Shown here piece after piece: positions 42,065-50,641 of a stretch of 64,000 bases of DNA. A program made the translations under genes and the position numbers. This DNA comes from Geosiphon pyriformis uo1 (lineage: Eukaryota; Fungi; Glomeromycota), in assembly GCA_016748015.1 (NCBI GenBank), contig JAAOMT010000040.1:496001-560000 (forward strand), read 5' to 3'. Under the pieces are notes generated by a model. That model saw nothing but the letters and a program-made list of their open reading frames with translations. It did no database searches and was not told where the DNA came from. Each line of letters starts with the position of its first letter. Position 1 is the first letter of the stretch.

Positions 42065-43447
42065 TCAATTTAACGTGTTGTTGTCGATAATTATGATTGA
42101 TTCCAGATCTCATGGAATCTCATCTGATTGGACTAGTATTCTCTGTATTCCTAATTGTGGAATATTACTGGTAGATGGTAGTGTGATGTTGTGGTATAGT
42201 TTTAGTCGATCTTCATGTGCTGCTTTGGTTAAAATTTTGTTATCCAGTCTTAATTTGTAAGCTCCATTCCCTAGAATTTCTTCTATGTAAAATGGTCCAT
42301 CCTATTTGGGGTCAAATTTTCCACTCCATTGTTTTTCTGCTTTGGTATGATGTAAGAATACTTTGTCTCCAATCTGAAATTCAACTGGTTTGTCTAGTAG
42401 TTGACTATTGTGTCTTTCTTTCTGTTTTTCTTGTGACTTTTGAATATTATTAGCTGCTCTTCTTTGTTTGTTTTCCAATGTTTCTATTAAGTCATATGTT
42501 CTTCTCAGCAATGTTTCTTGAAAATTTTCTTCTGTTATTGATTCAGCTGGATAGGTATTAATTTCTCTCTCTACTGGTAATATTGCTGTTCTACCATATA
42601 CTAATTCGAATGGTGTTGCTTGTGTAGTATCTTGCTTTGTTGTCCAATAAGCAAATAATACTGATGGTATGAACAAATCCCATTCGTCCTGGTTTTTTTG
42701 GCTGAGTTTGGCAATTGCTTCACACAATGTTCTGTTGAATCTTTCAACTAATCCATTGGTTTGTAGATGGTATGATGATGATAGTGGTCTCTTAATTCCG
42801 AATCTTTGGCTCAATTCTGTTAATGTTCTGTTCACAAAATGAATTCCTTGGTCTGATAATAATTCCTTTGGACATCCGTGTCAATAAATTAAATCTTGAT
42901 CAATGAATTTGGCAATGAATTCTGCATCCACTCTTTGAATTGCTTTTGCCTCTGGCCATTTAGTGAGATAGTCCATGGCTACTGCTATATATCTGTTTCC
43001 TCTGCTGGTGATTGTTAATGGTCCAACTAGATTAATTCCAATCTGGTCAAATAGTTGTTCCACTTTGATTGGTCTTAATGGTTCACTGGGTCTTGTTTCT
43101 TCTTTTTACTGACAAGCATCACAATTTTGAATATATTGAATGATGTCTGGGTACATTAATGGCCAATAATATCTCTTTCCAGTTTTTTCCATGATTGCTT
43201 CTTTGTGAAAATGTCCTGCTGTTGGATTTGAGTACATGTTGAATAATATTGTCTCTTTTTCTGGCTCTGTAATTACCCTGGTTGGCTAATCTGGATCCCT
43301 TCTATTTTTCTGATAAAATATATTTTGGTGAATGATAAAATATTTTGATTGTTGTTTGATACTCTTTCATTCTATTCGAGATAAATTCTCCTTGAACTGT
43401 TGAGTGTTTATATAATGTTGCAGTTATTGATATTTTTGTATGTTCAT
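42065..43447 (-). pseudogene. Integrase ORF of A3 (H2C2, DDE core, GPY/F)
   Basis: MNIQKYQ start; GHF...YYWP...CDACQ; DYLTKWPEA; SDQG; TNGLVERFNRTL; KFDPK*DGPFYI. Confidence 0.85.
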
Positions 43448-43509
43448 TTTTTTGTTATATTTTTGTTGATATTATTCTGGTTTTGTTATATTTTTGGGTT
43501 GAAATGTTC

Positions 43510-46500
43510 TTAGATTTGTTTTATTCGTAACAAACTGTCAGCATTTCCATTGTCTTTTCCCTTTTTATAATGTATAGTATACTTATATGGTGCAAGTGCC
43601 ATTTTCAATCTTGACTGTCTTTCATCTCCAAATTCTTGTTTTTGAAGTGATGTTAATTCTTTGTGATCTGTGTATACTTCAAACTTCTGACTCAAGTATT
43701 CTTTCCATTTCATGACTGCTCAGTATATTGCTAAGTGTTCTTGTTCCAGTGTTCTATAGTTCTTTTCGGCTGGTGTTAAACCTCTGCTAGCATATGCTAC
43801 TGGATGTTTTCTGCCGTTTGGTTCTTTCTGAAATAGTACTGCTCCCAATGCTTGGCTGGATGCATTGGTGGTGATGATGAATAGTTTGCTGTGATCTGGA
43901 TAGATCAGTACTGGAGCTTAGATGAGCTTTTTTTTCAGAATATCAAAAGCTTTTTGTTGACTTTCTATCCATTTATATTTTATATTCTTATTTTGCAGTT
44001 GGTTGAGTGGCTGCATTATCTTGGAAAAGTTTTTGATAAAATGTCGATAGTAACTAGCGAATCCCAAAAATGATTTCAGTTCTGTCATATTGGTCAGCAC
44101 TGAAAAGTTCTTTACTATCTCTATTTTCTCCAGATCCATTTTGATGCCATCTTTGCTGACTATGTGTCCCAAGAATTTTAGTTCTGTCTTGCTGAAGAAG
44201 CATTTTGTTGCATTTAACTTTAGTTCTGCTCTTCTTAGTCTTTTGAATACTTATTGAAGATGATGAAAATGATCATCAAACATTTTTGAAAATACATTGG
44301 TGTCATCCAAGTATACAACTACTGATTTCCACAATAAGCCAGTATAAACAATTTTCATTAGCCGTTGGAAAGTTGCTGGGGCATTGGTTAAGCTGAATGG
44401 CATCACTTCAAATTCAAAATTCCCTTCTCTAGTAGTAAATACCATCTTCTCTTTGTTGGCCGAATTCATGGCTACTTGCCAGTAACTACTGTTCAAGTTT
44501 AATGTTAAGAACCATTTGTTCTCATTGAAAGCATTGAATAATTTCTGTATTTGTGGAGTTGGATAGCTGTCTCCACGAGTTACACCATTGAGTTTCCTGT
44601 AGTCTACACAAAATCGGATTTTTCCATTCTTCTTACAGATAAGTACCACTGGTAATGACCATAGACTTATTAATGGCTGAATTAGCCCATTGTTAAGCAT
44701 TTGGTTTATCTCTTGACAGATGATCTTGTGACTAGCTGGTGGTACCTTGTATGCTCTTTGTTTAATTGGCATTGCATTTCCAGTCTTGATCTAATGCTGG
44801 ATGATGTCAGTTCAGCCAAACTCATTTTCGCTGGCAAAGATGTTATTGAAATTGTTGAGCAACATCTTGAGCTGTATATGTTGTAGTGGGTCTAGATTTC
44901 CCATGTTCATTTGTTTTAATTGTTCTGGTTGGAGCAAATAACATTCATCTCGTTCATAGATTGTTTGTGATGTGATGTTGACATATTCACAAAGTTGTGA
45001 AAAGTTTGGAATGAGATTTGGTGGTTGGTCTTCTATTTCTGTGGGTAAATATCCAATGGTGATTCCTTCTGGTACATTAATGACATTGCTAGTGTTGTTG
45101 TAGATGAGAATTTTTATGTGGCTATAGCTTTTGGCTGGTATGTGAAGATTGATCAGCCCAATCTCTCCAGATTCACAAAGGTTTGCTTTAGCTTCAAAAA
45201 TCTGTTCTTGCTCTTTTTCCTTCCTTTCTATTGCTAGCATGTACTGGCTATATAGTGGAATGGAAATAGCTTGACTGGTTGAAATAATTTCTCCTTGGCC
45301 AACAATTTCTTCCTTTGTCATATTAACTGGTACATTTATTCTACCCGTTGACCCAAATCTCTGTATCTCTCTTGCTGTTATTCCTAATTCTTCCCTGTTT
45401 CCTATTGACATTAATTGACCTATTTTAACCAGAGGCAGGAATATTGTTTGTGCTATCTTTTTGTTTGGTTCTATAATATAGGCTTTTTTTGAGTCATTTT
45501 GTAGCATGGCAATAATATTTCTTATATATCCTGCATCAATTATTCCTCCTCTTATATTAATCCCTCTTTTTGCTAAACTACTCCGGGATGCTAGTTGAAC
45601 CATTGTTGTTGCTAGAATTTTCAGCACTATTTTCAGATCAATGCAGGTGCGCGAATGTGGTTCCAATTTGATAACATCTTTTTCAGGATATCTCAGATCA
45701 AACCCTGCATTGGTATCATGCACTTATTCTGACATGATGCCTTCACCATTGTTACTGTACCATTTCAACTCCTGTTCTTTGGAGAGATTTGGTAGAGCAA
45801 TGTATTGTTTGTAGTTAGGATCGGAGTCTGAATTGTTGATATTTTTGTTGTTACATTGCACAGAGCTGGAACTGGTGTTTTCATCATCATTGTTGTTAGG
45901 GTTTGAATTGGGATTGTAAACTAATTCCAATTCCGATGCACAGCTATTAATTGGTTCCTTTTTTTCAGGGATTGTGTAGATCATGCATGATGGTGGATTG
46001 TAGATGAAGTTACACTCATCACAATATTGGAAGTCACATGGAATTAAACAGTAATCACATAACTTGGTGTTTATTTCTTCTAAGCATTGCTCCTGTTTCT
46101 TCCTTGTGGGTGCTAATTCCTGGTAATGTTCATGGAATTGCTCCGGGTCTAGAAGATTTATGATTGGTTCTGGGTCCCAGTCAAGTTCTATGGGCTCTGA
46201 GGGATTGTTCTTGATTTCTTTGATCTCTTCAGGTGTTGCTCTTTCTATTTTGGCAATTGCCATTCTCCAAATTTTGTCATCATCATATGGACAACTGTCC
46301 AGTCGCTGCACGGTTCTTCTCCAGGCTGCTTCTATTGGGGTTTCTTTCCTTACCCAGTCGCTTATTAGAATCGTGTATTGACATGATATGTTGCATATTC
46401 CTCCACATCCTGGAATGTTGTTCCATATCCCTTTATCTAGCAAAGTCTTCCCACAAGCAAGACAAGGTTGATTATTCCATTTTCCTTGCCTCTTTGGTCA

Positions 46501-49500
46501 TCCAAAGCATTTGAGTAAGCATAGATGACAGTAAAACTTTGTTGCAGTGTGGTATTTCTTATCATTGCCATAGCATACACCCATTGACGACAGTTTCTTG
46601 CCACAATCAACACATACAAGCCTTGGCCATCAATAATTGGATTGTTGTGTAGTGTGGTGAGTGTAGAAATTATAAATGACAGTGGTTGGTGGTGTTTTTT
46701 CTTTCTTTTTTTTTCCTTTTCCCTTATCTTTGTTCCATTCCCAACTTGAGGCTTCTTCTTGTTTGTTGTCAGTCCAAGTCAGATTGTTGGTTTTTCAGGT
46801 AAGTTTGTTTGTTTGCTTTCCTTTCCCATTGTTGTCCCAAGAGAGTATTGGTGGCAGCTTGTTGTGCTTTTCATCAGTCCATGCCACTTGGTAGGCTTTT
46901 CAGGTAGGTTTTGATTTCTCTTCCTTGAAGTCAATTAGTGATGCTGTGGTGTTGGTAGCCTTAAAATGGCCATACATTGCTGGTACTTGCATGTGTTGTC
47001 TGTTCTGGCTGAGTTAAAGCTCTTGGATATTCCAATCCAGAGTGGTATTTGTCTTGGACAGCCAGTTATTACCAACTAGAGCTTGGTATTGGGTGGCTTC
47101 CATGATGAGTACTTTGATTGGTACTATGATGCCATTAATTTTGATTGGTAAGTCATCAATTTCGTCGATTGAAGTCTTGGTTGCTCTATCAGCCATGATG
47201 ATTCTGGTGCTAGCAGTTCAATTAACTTGGCAACCTAATTGATCTATGAGTTGTCGTGTGATGATGCTGCCTGCTGAACTACTGTCAAGAATTAGTTTGA
47301 TAGGATGGCCATCAATTTTCACATTAGTGTACATGGTGGTAATTGGCTTTTTTTCCAGTGTGGCTCCACTGAATAATAATATGGTTGACAGTTCCTCGAG
47401 TTTGAATGGAAAAATGGCATCCAGAGATTTGTCTTCCATGATTGTGGCAGATAGAATATTGCTGGTAAGTGTTTGTTTAAGTTCTTGGTTGTTGGGTGTG
47501 GCATCTTCTGGAGTAACCAGGAGACTTAAATAGTTTTGGGAATTCAGATGTTGGGTGGCGCCAATACCCGAATTCTGAGAATGGGGTCCTAAGCTTTAAT
47601 GAAAAGAACTGGAGATTAGTTGATAAACAACTATTGCCGATCTCTAATTTTGAGCAATTCTGGGTCTCAGATTTTCTGATGTCATCATAGCTGAGTTTTG
47701 GAGCAGTGTTTGGATTGATGGTTGAGACTGATAAATTATTTAGAGCTGTGGCTGATAAATTACTGGAGGCTGCTGTTGATAAATTGCCAGTGGCTGCAGT
47801 TAATAAACTGGGGTTTGATATACTGGTGGTTGATAGATTGGTTGCTGCATCATTGACAGGTAAATATTTTAATATTGGTCCTGGTCTTGATTTGGATAAT
47901 GATTCGGAGTTGGGAACCAGCAATCAGGGTTTCTGTATTAATTTCCCAATCATTGGTTGCTATAAGTATAGCAATTAACTTGAATATGGTCTTGTTTACT
48001 ATAGTTGTGGCAGACATGCGTTTCTGGCTGCTATGGTAAACTAGGTGCTGTCGAGGATAATAGATGTGATTAATTTTGAAAACAATTCACGTTTTCTGAA
48101 TTATGATGTTATTGTGGTGTTTGATATATGGCATGATTGTCAGCTAAGTACCCTTCTAATTTTTGATTAATTGACTCACTGAATTGTTTTAATTTGGAAT
48201 CCAATTCAGATGATTCATTCATTACTAGGTTTACTGCTTGGGCATGGTTGGCTTCTAACTCAGCTGCTTCAAAATCTCTGGTGTGTGTAACTGTGATAGA
48301 GAGGTCAACTGGATGCATTGGACGTACTTGCTAAAGAAGATTACTGCACAAACCTCTAATAAATTGGTTCAAAATCTGTGGCACTGTAAAATAGTCAGCT
48401 TGAATTGCTTGGATCTGGTGTAGATTTCTATGAAAGCATCCCAAGTAAGTGGTAACTGCTTCAGTATCTCCTTGTTTGATAGTGGTGAAGAGGTTGGCTA
48501 ATTTGTTAATGCTATTATTGTTGCTGAAATATCTTACAAATTCTGTCTTGAAGTCATTGAAGGTTTGGGGTTTGACAGCTAGACTTTAATACCATGCATC
48601 TGCAGTGTCCCTTAGAAAGTATGGGATGGCTTGAAATGCTCAGGTGTTATTCCATCCATTTGCAGTGATGGCTTTCTCTACATTATTCAGCCATACTTGC
48701 GCATCGTCTTCTTTGCCAGTAAAGTTGTCAAGTTTTGCGATTAGTGCATAAGCCATTGAATCTAAGTTGGGTTGTTGTGATGGCTGTTAAAGTGGTTGTT
48801 GTTGTACTGGTTGTTGGGGTGGTAGTTGAAATGGCTGTTGTATGGGTTTGGCTACTGGATTAATCAGCAGCTGCTCGATGACAATTACCAGAGGTAAGTT
48901 TTGCTGATTAATTAATTCAGGGTTTGGATTGTTTTGCCTTTGATAATTTGGAGTTTCAATTTCCAAATTTTCTAGATTTAGATTTTGCTGAGCTTGAAAA
49001 TTCGGGGTTTCAACTTTCGGGTTTTTAATGATCAGGTTCTGGTAAGTAAATTCTTGATCTTCTGATTCTTCCTCTTCTTCCTCAGATAGTTCTCATGGGG
49101 TAGTGGTTCCAAAGTCTGGTTGAAGCAGTAGTGATCGAATTCCTGATGGCATTGGTGATCACGATTTAAATCCTTCAAAGTATTTGCCATATGGTCCTAA
49201 TAATTCTGTTTTTCTTTGTTTACTTTGGAATGAAAATCATCCAAATGTTGATGCCATGTTTGATGTAAACACACTTGTTGATAAAATGTTGATGGTGCTT
49301 CCAGGTGTATAGTGATAAGATGGATTGGTTGGGAATTCAACTTTTGTTTTCTTCCAAGTGTGTGATTGTATCCTTTTAGGTGTTGCTGTTGGTGTTTGTA
49401 GTTTTCCTTTGTCTTTACTAGTGTATGTAATTGGATATCTTTGTTGAGTGTGATGTTCAATTTCTTGGTTGATCTCAGTGATGATGGATGTGAAATTATG

Positions 49501-49731
49501 ATTTGTTGGTAGGCTGGTGTTTTGAATTAATTTTCTATAGAAAGTTTCTCTTGCCAATTCAGTATTTACTGGTGTTTCTAACAAAAAAAAAATTTTTTTG
49601 TTGACATAAAAATTGAAGGCTGATTCGGCAGATATATGATTGTAGTTTAATCCAAAGTATTGACAATAGTGTTGAAATAAGGATTTTGTGAATCCTAAAT
49701 GGTTTGCTCCTATATTTTCTAATTCTGCCAC
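43510..49731 (-). pseudogene. Single-frame Gag-PR-Cys-rich-dUTPase-RT-RNaseH polyprotein of A3 (~2070 codons), broken by point stops only
   Basis: ORF-track pieces starting at 49731, 48318, 47439, 47196, 46443, 45723, 44772, 44172 and 43713 share one frame. Capsid MAYALIAKLDNFTG at 48756; mutated CCHC ~47970-48012; PR LILDSSSAGS; dUTPase AGFDL / SRSSLA / GIIDAGY / IAQ / FGSTG; RT RFCVDYRKLN and VYLDD; RH FEVYTDH. Confidence 0.9.
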
Positions 49732-49774
49732 TTTTGGATGGTGTTTGTTGGTGCTGGTTCTTTGTAAAATTATA

Positions 49775-49791
49775 CCTCACAGGAAGCACCA
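49775..49791 (-). other. Primer-binding site TGGTGCTTCCTGTGAGG
   Basis: Begins TGG 2 nt after the 5' LTR end and is complementary to a tRNA 3' end ...CCUCACAGGAAGCACCA. Mutated equivalents occur in A2 and A4. Confidence 0.8.
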
Positions 49792-49793
49792 AA

Positions 49794-50641
49794 AATTACA
49801 GTAATTATTTGGGGTCTCAAGTCAAATAACAAATCTATAACTTGGTGCTCAAAAGCTATTCACATTGATGATAAACTGAAGGTTTTGGAATCTGAAGGTT
49901 TTTTCCAATGAGTTCTTTGTATAATAGACAGAGATTCAATAGTTGTTTTATCCGTAGCTTCTCAGACTCGCAAGTCTGTCAATTTTTTTCTCGGCTTGGT
50001 GGCTGGCAATCCTCTGGTAAGTAATCCGTATTTTCTGTACATGTCCTACCCACTCACAGGGGTCTTTTACCAGACAATCCTTAACATCAGTAATCAGTGC
50101 TTTTAATCAATTGGTTAGTGCACAATAACAAAATTACAGAAAATAAAGAAAATAACAAAATAAAGAAATGTAAAGAAATAAGCCAAGGTGTTTGGTAGAC
50201 TAGTATCCCGTCAATAGCCGTGATTAAGAGCTATTGTTCCAGTGTGGTTAAATATTAATTACTATCAACATGAAGTGTTGATAGTGGAGAGTGAATTGAG
50301 ATATGAAATAATTATTTATTTAATGATTTTGTTTCTAGGCTAAGGATTCTGTAGTATCGATTCTGTTTTTTCTGTTTTTAACACTACTACTATATATACA
50401 TATTTGAGATTCCTCAATTCCTTGATTCTTCATGACAGGAATCCTGGAATTCCTGAAATCCTGCAATTCCTTTGAGAAGAATTCTGGAATTCTGGAATCC
50501 TGCAATTTCTCATTAGAGAATCCTGAAATTTCTGGAATTCTGCAATTCCTGAGAGAAATTTTGGAATTCTACATTTACTATGCTTACTTCTGATTGGCTA
50601 ATAATCATACTAATATATTTTCTATATTTCTATGAGTAATA
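49794..50641 (-). repeat. 5' LTR of A3 (848 bp)
   Basis: Direct repeat of 40520-41367, ~90% identical. CCAAT and TATATATA motifs on the minus strand. Confidence 0.95.

Larger units (their letters stand above)
40520..50641 (-). mobile_element. Full-length Ty3/gypsy LTR retrotransposon (family A, copy A3; 10,122 bp) with dUTPase; non-chromoviral
   Basis: Two 848-bp LTRs, PBS, PPT, 4-bp TSD (ttgt/tcat, from TCGT), and PR-RT-RH-INT domain order. Confidence 0.95.

Noticed and set aside
42065-42300. Chromodomain at the integrase C-terminus
   Set aside because: No aromatic-cage or YLVKW-type motif follows the GPF module.
47477-47923. 148-aa ORF inside the gypsy, suggesting a gag-pol frameshift
   Set aside because: It is the shadow frame of the (IYQP)n gag tract. 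The true frame continues without a shift into the protease.
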